This document shows, in pieces, positions 8,906 to 18,965 of a stretch of DNA of 64,000 nt. Location of the stretch: the NCBI GenBank assembly GCA_963835575.1, contig CAWIGG010000006.1:160001-224000 (forward strand). The letters are read 5' to 3'. A program made the translations under genes and the position numbers. The stretch comes from an uncultured Spirochaetota bacterium. Its GTDB lineage: Bacteria > Spirochaetota > Brevinematia > Brevinematales > JAOACQ01. Position 1 is the first letter of the stretch, and each line of letters starts with the position of its first letter. A model generated the notes under the pieces. It saw only the letters and a list, made by a program, of their open reading frames with translations. It ran no database searches and was not told the DNA's origin.

Positions 8906-10627
8906 GAGTCTGTCGAAAAAGTGATATTTAATGTAAATTATTATCGATATAGCTTAAAATAATGAATGAAATAAATCAATAGCGGAAGGTTATATGGCAA
9001 GATACAAGACAGTTAATTATGAGCAGATGGAAATGATACCGCTCAATTTTTCAGATCAGCTGATCGAAGGAACATATGAACACACACTCAATTTCCTAAT
9101 CGAGGAAAAGGCTGACCTTTCCTGTTTTGATATAAATTATAAAAATGATAAAACAGGCTCGAAAGCGATTTCTCCGGCAATTCTTCTGAAAATAATCCTT
9201 TTTGCCTATTCGAAAGGTATTACTACATCACGCAGGATTGAGGAAGCTTGCCGGGTGAATGTCATCTTCAAAGCCCTGTCCGGGAATACCGTTCCAGACC
9301 ATTCCACTATAGCCGCTTTTGTTACCGGTATGAAAGACCGGATTAAAATAGTATTTCAGTTTGTGCTGATGGTCTGTTCTTCTGCGGGATTGATCGGCGG
9401 GGACATGTTCGCCGTTGACGGCTGTAAATTGCCTTCAAACGCTTCTAAAGAATGGAGCGGTACATTCAAAGACCTGAAAAAGAAACAGGAAAAGTTTGAA
9501 AAGCTGGCGGCATTTCTACTGGAAAAACACGCGCAAGCTGACTGCTCCGGCGAAAATGAAAAGTCTAAAGCGCTTCAAAAAAGATCGGAAAAAATACGGA
9601 AGAAAGCGGAGAAAATCGATGCCTTTCTCAAATCCCAGAATCCCAAATACGGCAAGCGGGGACGTGAAAACCAATCGAATATTACCGATAACGAAAGCGC
9701 GAAAATCAAGAGTTCCCACGGTGTGATACAAGGTTATAATGGACTTGCGGTAGTGGATTCAAAGCATCAGGTGATTACCGCGGCGGAAGCTTTTGGTTTA
9801 GGCCAGGAAGGGGAAGTATTGAAGCCGATGGTTGAAATAACGGAGGAAAATTTAAGCGTGATAAAAGGAGAAACAAATCCGCTGGAAGGAAAAACAATAC
9901 TGGGGGACACGAATTATTTCAGCGAAGAAAATCTAAAATATCTGGCGGAAGAAAAGAAGATGGAAGCTGTGATACCGGACAATCAATTTCGAGGGAGGGA
10001 TGAACGGTTTACCGATCGGGGAAGGTTCAAGCCGAAACCGATGAAATACCGGGAACACGATTTTGAAAAAAATGAAGCTGATAATACTTATATATGCCCG
10101 AATGGAAAAATATTAAGCTATAAGGGATACCAGAGGCAATTGAGTAATTTCGGCCATAAATATCAGGCCAGGCAGGCGGATTGTTCAAAATGCGGGAAAA
10201 GGGGACAATGCTTAAAACATCCCGATAAGACAAGGCAAAGAACATTATATCTGGTGGACAAAAGAGGGGATAAAAACTATTCAAAAGAAATGGTAAATAA
10301 AATTGATCTGCCGGAAATCAGGGATTTGTACAGCCGGAGGATGGGAATAATTGAGCCGGTATTCGGTAACATCCGTTCTTGTAAAGGTATGGACCGTTTT
10401 ACGCTCAGGGGTAAGAGTAAGGTTAATATCCAGTGGCTTTTGTTCTGTATAGTGCATAATATTGGTAAAATCCAGATATTTGGTAAGATTTAAGGGGGTG
10501 TTCATAGCCATAATACCGGCTTGAAATTGGAAAAATGGAAAATCCGGATAGAGAAATGAAAAATGATACTCTATCCGGCTTTCAGAAGACAGTTTTTATT
10601 CTCGTTTTTGGCTTTTTCGACAGGGTC
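8906..10627 (+). mobile_element. Complete IS1182-family element inserted in attC, 3-bp TSD GTT
   Basis: TIRs GAGTCTGTCGAAAAAG and CTTTTTCGACAGGGTC (14/16 match); GTT at 8903-8905 and 10628-10630. Confidence 0.92.
8994..10493 (+). CDS. IS1182-family transposase
   Basis: LLKIILFAYSKGITTSRRIE, PDHSTIA, AVDGCK, GDTNY, Cys-rich insert, IEPVFGNIR. Confidence 0.95.
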   Translation: MARYKTVNYEQMEMIPLNFSDQLIEGTYEHTLNFLIEEKADLSCFDINYKNDKTGSKAISPAILLKIILFAYSKGITTSRRIEEACRVNVIFKALSGNTVPDHSTIAAFVTGMKDRIKIVFQFVLMVCSSAGLIGGDMFAVDGCKLPSNASKEWSGTFKDLKKKQEKFEKLAAFLLEKHAQADCSGENEKSKALQKRSEKIRKKAEKIDAFLKSQNPKYGKRGRENQSNITDNESAKIKSSHGVIQGYNGLAVVDSKHQVITAAEAFGLGQEGEVLKPMVEITEENLSVIKGETNPLEGKTILGDTNYFSEENLKYLAEEKKMEAVIPDNQFRGRDERFTDRGRFKPKPMKYREHDFEKNEADNTYICPNGKILSYKGYQRQLSNFGHKYQARQADCSKCGKRGQCLKHPDKTRQRTLYLVDKRGDKNYSKEMVNKIDLPEIRDLYSRRMGIIEPVFGNIRSCKGMDRFTLRGKSKVNIQWLLFCIVHNIGKIQIFGKI

Positions 10628-10686
10628 GTTAGACGCCGTTTGCACTTACCATGGAGTTATATGTCCGCCCATTTTTCGTAAACTTT

Positions 10687-11493
10687 CTACTCGATGCGGT
10701 AGGGTGTACCTCGTAAGAAGGATTTGACGACAACCGCAAAGCGCCCGGGCTGGTCATAGTGGACCCCATGGCCAGCTTCCCGGATTTGTTCAACCTGAAA
10801 TCTCGGATTAAGACGTTGCAGCTCTTCGGCAACAACAGACGAAACCACACCTTTATTACCAAATACGAGCAGGCTTGGAACATTAATCGCACTCACCAAT
10901 TGCTTATAATCAGGGATTGGTGGCGTGAGAACGTCGAAAGATGCCATACTGGTTTGAAGTCGTGCCTGGGCGATTAGCTCGAGTGTATCCGATGACCGAT
11001 TTGGGTGTCTACTCTGCAAATCTGCCAACAACTCCTCTAATGATTTACCGAGATTTCGTCGATGCTGATCGGCCACATCGCTATCGCAAACTTCACGCTG
11101 AACTTTTGGACTCAAGAATGTTGGATCAGTTAAGATTAGGCCACAGAGTAGCTTTGGGCTACGACTTGCTACTACGGCTGCAGTCATACCTCCCATAGAA
11201 TGTCCGAGCAGAACCGGAGGTGGAAGTCTTAGAGCTTTTATAAGGCCGACGACATCGTTTGCATGGTCTTCGTATCGGTACCCATAGTCAGGCACACTCG
11301 ACTTTCCATGACCTCTAGCATCCGGCATGATTACGTCATATTCTCCCTCTAGAGCATGTGCCAAAGCAGTCCAGCAGGCTCCATTAGCAGTTAATCCGTG
11401 TAGCAAAATTAAAGGGGATTTGCTTCCTCCGGTTCTCATGTAGTGTATGTTAATTCCGTTTGTTTCGCAGATTGCTGTACTCCAGTCAGTCAT
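10687..11493 (-). CDS. Alpha/beta fold hydrolase (integron cassette gene)
   Basis: LHGLT, DARGHG, GHSMGG, AGHGVH motifs; bounded by complementary cassette ends GTTAGACGCCGTTTGCAC (10628) and GTGCAAATGGCGCCTAAC (to 11585). Confidence 0.9.
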   Translation of the reverse strand: MTDWSTAICETNGINIHYMRTGGSKSPLILLHGLTANGACWTALAHALEGEYDVIMPDARGHGKSSVPDYGYRYEDHANDVVGLIKALRLPPPVLLGHSMGGMTAAVVASRSPKLLCGLILTDPTFLSPKVQREVCDSDVADQHRRNLGKSLEELLADLQSRHPNRSSDTLELIAQARLQTSMASFDVLTPPIPDYKQLVSAINVPSLLVFGNKGVVSSVVAEELQRLNPRFQVEQIREAGHGVHYDQPGRFAVVVKSFLRGTPYRIE

Positions 11494-11578
11494 TTTTGGT
11501 CCCCTTCGATCATAAGATTCATGGTTTAGTATGTAATTGATGTCAACGCGGCGGCCGAGACACAAGCGTGCAAATGGC

Positions 11579-11610
11579 GCCTAACTCTATATAACCGAAA
11601 TTAGTTTTTA
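11579..11610 (-). other. Putative attI-like site at the head of the cassette array
   Basis: Minus strand CTAATTTCGGTTATATAGA|GTTAGGC: a GTTRRRY core with no attC hairpin upstream, just downstream of a strong promoter. Confidence 0.6.
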
Positions 11611-11637
11611 ATAAAACATACGAAATTTCTTCCGTTC

Positions 11638-11666
11638 ATCTTAATCAAGCAATACTTTACTGTCAA
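11638..11666 (-). promoter_or_regulatory. Pc-like sigma70 promoter reading into the cassette array
   Basis: TTGACA-N17-TAAGAT on the minus strand, ~50 bp upstream of GTTAGGC. Confidence 0.7.
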
Positions 11667-11708
11667 GACCAGATTTGTGGACTTTAGAATGATGTATGTA
11701 ATCAGCCG

Positions 11709-11880
11709 ATCCGCGAAAATCCGAGTTATCCGTACTATCCGTGTGCAGAATCGGATATTATATAAAAGCGGCGTTATTAAAATCTTTATTTAAAAATTTA
11801 AAGAATCGAAATTAAATTCCTCTCTGCGTCCTCGGAGCCCGGCCCCGACCCTGAGCCTTGGCGAAGGGTCTCTGCGGTGA
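11709..11880. repeat. Unpaired 9-bp-periodic repeat arms with an inserted CCCTGAGCC..CGAAGGG REP-like unit
   Basis: ATCCGCGAA AATCCGAGT TATCCGTAC TATCCGTGT followed by ATCGGATATTATA; CTCTGCGTCCTCGGAG[...]CTCTGCGGTG. Confidence 0.65.
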
Positions 11881-11885
11881 TAAGA

Positions 11886-13601
11886 TCAGATTGCATCAAC
11901 CATCTTCTCCAGCCAGTCTTTCGCGGGTCCCATGCTTTTCTCAAGTACCGCCGGATCGAAGGGCGATTCTAGTCCTCCAATCCTGACAAGTCTCAGGAAA
12001 GCGGCGCTTCCGCCGGCCATGCAGAGATTAAGATAATCCTTCCAGGAGCTTTCTCTATTTTCAAGGAACTTAATCCAGCACTGGAAGGCGCAGATCTGCG
12101 CCAGACTGTAATCGATATAATAGAAAGGATACTGGTATATATGAAGCTGGCATTGCCAGAACCCTCCTTCTTCGAGATACGGGTTCCCCGTGAAATCCCT
12201 GGCAGGGATATATTTTTTTTCCAGCTCGCGCCAGGCTTTGAAGCGCTCCACAGGAGTGAATGACGGGTTTTCATAAACAATATGCTGGAACTCGTCCACC
12301 AGGGCCATATAGGGCATTGACAGAAACGCTCCTGAAAGGTTCATAAAACGGTATTTATCGGCGTCCGGTCCAAAAAAACTTTCCATCCATGGCAGGGTGA
12401 ATAATTCCATACTCATAGAATTGATTTCGGCGGCTTCCAGGGTCGGGATGATGTATTCAGGCAGGGTGAAATGACTGCTCATATAGGCCTGGAAAGCATG
12501 GCCCGCTTCATGCGTCAACACGTTCACATCGCCTGATGTGCCGTTAAAATTGGAGAAAATAAACGGGACTTTGTATTTCGCCAGCCAGCCGCAGTATCCG
12601 CCCCCCGCTTTTCCGGGGCGGGTTTCCAGGTCCATCAATCCTTCATCCAGCATCCGGTCGAAAAAGCCGGCCGTTTCCCGTGATAACGTATGATACATCT
12701 CCCTTGCTTTCCGGATGATATCTCCGGGACTTCCGGTTGGTTTCGGATTTCCGTTTTTGAAACAGACCGGTAGATCATAGTAATATAGATGATCAAGACC
12801 CAGGCGGGACCTCTGGCTTTCCCGCAGGCTGTTAGCGGCGGGTACAAATGTTTTATAAATCGAATCGCGGAAATCTTTAACCATCGCCGCGTTGTAATCC
12901 AGCCTGGACAACCGGAGATAGGCGAGCGGTATGAAATTTTTAAAGCCCAGCTTTTTCGCTATCCGGTCCCGGATATTGACGAGATCGCCGAAAATCGAAT
13001 CCAGCTTCTCCCGGTTTTGCGAGAAAAACCCGAAATAGGCTTCGGAGGCCGGCCTCCGTGTTTCCCGGTCCGGCGATTCCCTGTATGGACCAAGCCCTGA
13101 TAGATTGAGTTTTTTCCCGTCGAAATCGATTTCCGCCGAGGCAAGAAGCTTCATGTATTCGGTGCAGAGCCGGTTTTCATCGGCGAGTTCTTCCATGATC
13201 CCCGGAATAAATGTTTTTAAAGCCGCTTCGGCGAGGTCGAAAAGCCGTCTGCCGAAACTCTTTGCCAGTTCGGGCCTGAACCCGGATCCTGTAATTGTCC
13301 GGTAGTAATCATCGATCAGGGCCTGATAGCGCGGCTGATTCGCGTCGAAGAACGCGGATTCCGAATCGTAAAAAGCGTCGCGTGTATCCAATGTCTGCCG
13401 TATCCTGGCCAGGTTCATGGCCGTTTCGAAATCCTCGCGTATGCCGTTTATTTCATGAATAATATGAGATTGGACTTCCGCGCTCCCGGCTTTATGGAAA
13501 GCGGCCAGTTTTTCCCGGAAATCTTTCTCCAGCCTGTCGAAATCAGGTCTTTGATAAATCATTTCGGAAAAACGCATGGTAAAATCCTCCCTCTGTTTCA
13601 A
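11886..13601 (-). CDS. M3 family oligoendopeptidase
   Basis: HEAGH zinc motif, GKAGGGYC, EAAEINSMSME, PFYYIDY. Confidence 0.93.
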   Translation of the reverse strand: MKQREDFTMRFSEMIYQRPDFDRLEKDFREKLAAFHKAGSAEVQSHIIHEINGIREDFETAMNLARIRQTLDTRDAFYDSESAFFDANQPRYQALIDDYYRTITGSGFRPELAKSFGRRLFDLAEAALKTFIPGIMEELADENRLCTEYMKLLASAEIDFDGKKLNLSGLGPYRESPDRETRRPASEAYFGFFSQNREKLDSIFGDLVNIRDRIAKKLGFKNFIPLAYLRLSRLDYNAAMVKDFRDSIYKTFVPAANSLRESQRSRLGLDHLYYYDLPVCFKNGNPKPTGSPGDIIRKAREMYHTLSRETAGFFDRMLDEGLMDLETRPGKAGGGYCGWLAKYKVPFIFSNFNGTSGDVNVLTHEAGHAFQAYMSSHFTLPEYIIPTLEAAEINSMSMELFTLPWMESFFGPDADKYRFMNLSGAFLSMPYMALVDEFQHIVYENPSFTPVERFKAWRELEKKYIPARDFTGNPYLEEGGFWQCQLHIYQYPFYYIDYSLAQICAFQCWIKFLENRESSWKDYLNLCMAGGSAAFLRLVRIGGLESPFDPAVLEKSMGPAKDWLEKMVDAI

Positions 13602-13634
13602 TAATTTTAACTAATATTAGCAATACTATGCAAT

Positions 13635-14282
13635 TTACAGTTTTTGAATAACGGCCAAAACGGCAGGGACCTCATCCCTGCCGTTAAGCAAATCTTCACA
13701 GGCGACATTATTTATTTCCAAAATCTTCCAATCTTCTTTAAATGAGTTTTTCAAACTACTTTTATTGATCCCTTTCGGCCCGGGATGCTCATAATCACTA
13801 TTAACTCCCATTACAATATATAAACCGCCTTTTTTCAATATATTTTTTAAAGATTTCTCAAATAATAAAATATATTCGTCTGAAAGGTTATGCAGGAATC
13901 CGTCGTCAAAAACATAGTCGAATTCCTCTTTATAATCGTCCAGCTTAAAAGCATCCCTGACTTCAAACTTAATGTTCAATTTTTTATTTCCAAATTTTTC
14001 CCTCGCGGTATCGATCGGTTTCTGAATATAATCGATCCCGACGACCTCAAAGCCTTTTTCAGCGAGAAAAATCGATAAATCACCTGTTCCGCAGCCGACA
14101 TCTAAAATTTTACCTTTCGGCAGTTTACTTTTATTAATGTATTCTGCTAACGCTTTCTGAGGATGGCCGATATCCCATGGCGCGTAATCATTGTTTTGAT
14201 AAATATAGTCAAAAAATTCATAATTGAATCCTTTATTATTGAAACCTTTTTTCCCCTGCGAAATATTAAAATCCATAATCAA
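13635..14282 (-). CDS. Class I SAM-dependent methyltransferase
   Basis: APWDIGHPQ, ILDVGCGTG, FDYVFDDGFLH. Confidence 0.9.
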   Translation of the reverse strand: MIMDFNISQGKKGFNNKGFNYEFFDYIYQNNDYAPWDIGHPQKALAEYINKSKLPKGKILDVGCGTGDLSIFLAEKGFEVVGIDYIQKPIDTAREKFGNKKLNIKFEVRDAFKLDDYKEEFDYVFDDGFLHNLSDEYILLFEKSLKNILKKGGLYIVMGVNSDYEHPGPKGINKSSLKNSFKEDWKILEINNVACEDLLNGRDEVPAVLAVIQKL

Positions 14283-14412
14283 ACCCCATAAACGGCAGAC
14301 GAAGCCCTGCGGCCCGTAAGCCGGAACTACTATGCTGTATTTTAACTCTGGCCCGGCCGGAAATCAACACGAAAAGCCAGACCATGGACGGATTTATTTT
14401 TCAATCAATTGC

Positions 14413-14721
14413 TTATTTCTCGTTATTTTTCTTGTGTGGTTTTCCCGAGAAAATCCCAAGAAAAATTGCCCAAAAGCCGAACCCTGTAAAGACTAAAATT
14501 GTCGGCAGGTTCAAACCGAATTGATATTTGCACAATACGAGAATAATCAGTCCAAAGAATAATTGAACAACTCCCCATATTTTACTTGCCAGATACGGTT
14601 TTTTAGCTTTGGCGATCATGGGATGATGCTGTGTTTCATAAAATGAAAATAAATGCAAAAGGCTCATATGCAGGAATATTCCGGATAGAAAATAGAGAAA
14701 ATAAAATAAAATTTGAATCAT
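14413..14721 (-). CDS. Small hypothetical membrane protein
   Basis: GGAGG RBS, three hydrophobic segments. Confidence 0.65.
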   Translation of the reverse strand: MIQILFYFLYFLSGIFLHMSLLHLFSFYETQHHPMIAKAKKPYLASKIWGVVQLFFGLIILVLCKYQFGLNLPTILVFTGFGFWAIFLGIFSGKPHKKNNEK

Positions 14722-14802
14722 GGTTTGTCCTCCTATATGCCATTATAATCAGCAGCCAGTGTGCTTGGGCCGTTTGTACTCCGGCTTGCCGGAAAGCCGT
14801 AA

Positions 14803-15692
14803 TTATGCCTGGATTTGTTTATCGTTTTGTCTGAGCATATCTGAAATCGTCACATCGGGGTGGTGGTAATCTTTTCCCTCAATTTTACACCAGTGATGAA
14901 TAGCCTTTGTTGGACACCATTCATCACAAGCAAGACACATTTCACAATGATGCTGCCAAACGGGCTTATTTTCAATCATTTTTATATTCTGGACAGGACA
15001 AACTTTTGCGCAAGTTGCGCAGCCATTGCATTTATCATCAACGTAAATACTTTTATCAGTTAATGGTATTAATTCATGAAAGCTCAGATTTGAATCTTCT
15101 GGTTCTTTAGCATTTTTTCTTAGTGATATAACAATATATTTTTTCATCATCTGGTACATGGGGTCAACAGCAAATTAATGAGTGATTTTATGGTTTTATA
15201 TTTGGCATTTTTCCTGCCGGTTATGCGCTGGCATATACCCACAATTTTATAGTTACTATTTTTGAATATAATTTCATGATTTCTCTCTATAGGAATTGGA
15301 ATATGATCATAATCCAGGTTGTTCATAGGAAGCCTTACTGAAAATTCTCCTGATAGTGTACCTCCCATTGATTTAATTAATGCAGCTACGCTTTTTAAAG
15401 TGGGAAGCGCGTTAACAAACCCATAACCTCCGTGCGTGCACACTGCAAATATGTATTTTACGCCGCTATATTCCAGTTTTTTGATAAATTTTTCTACTAT
15501 CAGTGGTATGCCATAAAGCCGAGCCAGATAACAGGGGAATACAATTCCGATATTATCTGCGCCTGTTTTTATGCTTTCTTTATCCATTACTGCCGGAATG
15601 GATATCAATAGTCCGCTTGTTTTCTTGGCTATATCCTTTGCCGCAGCCAGGGAATTCCCAGTGCCTGAAAAATAATAAATTTCGATGCTCAT
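14803..15692 (-). CDS. EFR1-family ferrodoxin (flavodoxin plus 2x[4Fe-4S]), frameshift near 15160
   Basis: YYFSGTGNS N-terminus in 15147..15692; two CxxCxxCxxxCP motifs in 14803..15159; break at a G4 run. Confidence 0.85.
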
Positions 15693-15978
15693 ATTAAATC
15701 ACTCCAGACTTTTTACAATATTTTACATCATAATTTGGCGGTAATCAATGGGTATTTTATCCTACGGCATATTGTCCGTCACGGATATCAGTAATTTATA
15801 TGGCATAGTTTTCTCCGGCCGGTGCGACACGGTTGCCGGCATACAGAGCTAAGGGTCTCTGCGTCTCTGCGGTGAATAATAACCTTTATAATTCATGACC
15901 TGAATTTTTCACCATATTTGTTATTTTTGCCGCATCATATTAAAATTATAATCTAATTATTTTATAGGATTATATTTT

Positions 15979-16630
15979 ATGACAGCTTTCTTTAGAACAA
16001 TAATCGCCTGGTATATGAGCAACATCAATTATTTTACGATCACCTGCCTTATGACGATCGAAAGCTCCTTTCTGCCGCTTCCCTCGGAAGTGGTGATCCC
16101 GCCGGCCGCATTCAAAGCCGCGAACGGCGAGCTCAATATCATCCTTGTTATTCTATGTGCTACGATTGGCTCGATTATCGGCGCTTTATTTAATTATACG
16201 ATTTCCATGTCTTTAGGGCGGGCTGTCATTCATAGACTGGCCAGGACAAAGCTGGCGCATCTCATTATGATAGACGAGCACTCGATTGAGAGAGCGGAAG
16301 CCTATTTTAATAAATTCGGGAGAAGCTCGACATTTTTCGGGCGTCTTCTGCCTGTCATCCGGCACCTGATTTCCATTCCCGCCGGTCTGTCTAAAATGAA
16401 ATTAAGGGATTTTATATTATTTACGGCCATTGGCTCCTTTATTTGGAATATCACGCTTTCCCTGCTGGGTTATTTTCTTTATTTCGCAGAAAGAGCTTCT
16501 GGACAAATATTTTAAGGAAATATCCTACGGCTTCATTATTATATGTGTTCTGTTCATAACTTATATCATATTGAAGGTATTTGTTTTTACGAAGCGCGGT
16601 AAATCCGGAAAAATGGTTAAAGATAACTGA
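15979..16630 (+). CDS. DedA family membrane protein, frameshift near 16483
   Basis: IESSFLPLPSEVVIPPA, FGRLLPVIRHLISIPAG; C-terminal helix continues in ORF 16430..16630. Confidence 0.88.
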
Positions 16631-16738
16631 AACAGGAATAAACACCCTGGTTCATAATTTATTTTTTCCGAAAACATGATAATTGGGCTGAATGTGATTA
16701 TATTATTATATTAATAAAAGAAGCGGAACGGCGATTTT

Positions 16739-17023
16739 ATGGAAATTGAAGTTATCCATGACCCTGATAAGAAAGAGTTTTATTTCATTGTTGATAAGAT
16801 GAAAGGGTATCTTTTATATGAGGAAATCCGTCCGGGTCTTGTGGAATTATATCATACTTATGTGCCGCCCGCTCTCAGGAACCAGGGCGCGGCGGAGGAA
16901 ATGGTCCTGAAGGCGGTGGAATATGCCAGGAAAAATTATAAGGCAATTATACCGACCTGTTCTTATGCCATTGATTTTTTTGAAAAACATCCAGAATATA
17001 AAGATATACTGAAAAAACAATAA
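16739..17023 (+). CDS. Small GNAT-like acetyltransferase (YjdJ-type)
   Basis: HTYVPPALRNQG...IIPTCSYA. Confidence 0.88.
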   Translation: MEIEVIHDPDKKEFYFIVDKMKGYLLYEEIRPGLVELYHTYVPPALRNQGAAEEMVLKAVEYARKNYKAIIPTCSYAIDFFEKHPEYKDILKKQ

Positions 17024-17047
17024 TCATAGAGTAAAAAGGAGCGTTTT

Positions 17048-18013
17048 GTGTTGAAGGTTGGGGTCGCGGGCACTGGACATATGGGAAGATATCATATCAA
17101 TATACTTCCCACATTACCGGATATTGAGTTTGCATCCATCTGCGATGTTGATGAAGTGATGGTTAAAAAGATTTCCGGGGATTATGATGTGAAAGGATTT
17201 ACAGACTATACGAAATTTCTTTCTTCCGTTGACGCTGTTATTATCGCTGTGCCGACATTCCTGCATTACAGGTTCGCCAGCGCGGCGCTGGAAGCCGGCA
17301 AGCATGTGCTTCTTGAAAAACCGATGACCAAAACGGTCTATTTTGCAGAAAAGCTCGTCGGCCTGGCTGAACAGAAAAACCTTGTCCTCGAAGTGGGGCA
17401 TGTCGAGCGTTTTAACGCCGCCGTGCAGGAGCTTCAGCATATTGTTAAAAAGCCTCATCTGATCCAGGTGCAGAGGCTCGGCCCGAAAAGCCGCATCACG
17501 GATGTCGGCGTTGTTCTGGACCTGATGATCCATGATATCGATATAGTCCTCTCCATAGCGAAGTCAAAACCGGTCAGCATCGCCGCTTACGGCCATAAGA
17601 TTTACTCCGGTTTTGAGGATGTCGCCAATGCTTCGATCTATTTTGAAAACGGCGTCATAGCGAATATCACGGCAAGCCGGGTCTCGACAAATAAAGTCAG
17701 GACCCTCGCCATATCCCAGGAAGGGGCTTATGTGTTTCTGGACTACGCGACGCAGGATATAATGATCATCCGCCAGCCGCTGACGGAATACCTGGTGCTT
17801 AAAGAAGAGATCAAATATACCCAGGAAAGCCTGGTGGAGCATGTTTTCGTCCATAAGGACAACGCGCTGAAGCTCGAGCAGATCCATTTTATAGACCGCA
17901 TCAAAAACGGCAAAAAGCCCGTCCGGAACGGGGAAGCGGACATAGCCACTTTAAAAATCGCCAAGGAAATCACGAATAAGATTTACGCCAGCTGGAAATT
18001 AAACCGGGATTAA
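17048..18013 (+). CDS. Gfo/Idh/MocA family oxidoreductase
   Basis: GTGHMG, HVLLEKP, VGHVERFN, DLMIHDID. Confidence 0.93.
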   Translation: MLKVGVAGTGHMGRYHINILPTLPDIEFASICDVDEVMVKKISGDYDVKGFTDYTKFLSSVDAVIIAVPTFLHYRFASAALEAGKHVLLEKPMTKTVYFAEKLVGLAEQKNLVLEVGHVERFNAAVQELQHIVKKPHLIQVQRLGPKSRITDVGVVLDLMIHDIDIVLSIAKSKPVSIAAYGHKIYSGFEDVANASIYFENGVIANITASRVSTNKVRTLAISQEGAYVFLDYATQDIMIIRQPLTEYLVLKEEIKYTQESLVEHVFVHKDNALKLEQIHFIDRIKNGKKPVRNGEADIATLKIAKEITNKIYASWKLNRD

Positions 18014-18016
18014 GGA

Positions 18017-18965
18017 ATGGAAAACCGAATATCCGTTATCATTCCCGCCTATAACGGGGAAAAATTTCTTGCCGCCCTTCTTGAAAAATTAAAAAAGCAG
18101 AGCATTAAAATTCCTGAAATAATAGTCGCGGATTCTTCATCGGCGGACAGGACCCTTCAGATCGCCGAAAAACACGGCGCGAAAATCATTCATGTCAAAA
18201 AAAAGGACTTTGATCATGGGGGGACGCGGACGCTCGCGGGAAAAGCGGCCCGCGGGGATATTCTTGTCTATCTGACGCAGGACGCCCTTCCTGTTGATAA
18301 CCGCTCGATTGAGAATATTGTACGCCCTTTTCTTTTAAATAAAAAGATCGGCGCCGTGTACGGCAGGCAGATGCCCTGTCAGGAAGCCACGCCGTTCGCG
18401 GAGCATTCCCGCCATTTTATATACAAGGATGGATCATTTACCCGTTCACTGGAAGATAGAAAAAAATACAAAATAAAAACCGCTTTTCTTTCAAACGCTT
18501 TTTCCGCGTACCGGCGCTCCGCGATGGAAGAGATCGGCTATTTTAAAAAAAATCTCATTTCCACCGAAGACACTTATGCCGGCGCGAAGCTTCTTCTGGC
18601 CGGATACGAATTGTTTTATGCCGCGGACGCCGCTGTTTATCATTTCGCATAATTATACGGCCTTTCAGGAGTTTAAAAGGTATTTTGATATAGGGGCTTT
18701 TCATAAGATTGAGGACTGGATCATAAAGGAATTCGGCAAGGCGGACGATGAAGGCTTCCGATTTTTAATGTCGGAATTTAACTTCCTTTTGAAAAATAAA
18801 AAATTTCATCTTATCCCGGTTTTTTTCTACAGGAACGGGATGAAATGGCTCGGTTACAGGCTGGGCAGTCATTACCGCCTCCTTCCGTTCTGGCTGATCA
18901 GGAAGCTCAGCATGCATAACGGATGGTGGGCTAAAAATATGAGTGTCCTAAAAAATAACCGCTAA
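18017..18965 (+). CDS. Glycosyltransferase family 2 (rhamnosyltransferase-like), frameshift near 18643
   Basis: SVIIPAYN, FDHGGTR, TQDALP, STED; the expected VYHSHNY is split across frames. Confidence 0.87.

Noticed and set aside
11690..11800. Remnant of an integron integrase gene
   Set aside because: Only a ~34-codon frame made of repeat sequence, with no tyrosine-recombinase motifs.
13635..15860. Further integron cassettes (AT-rich co-oriented accessory genes)
   Set aside because: No RYYYAAC...GTTRRRY hairpins found in the intergenic gaps.
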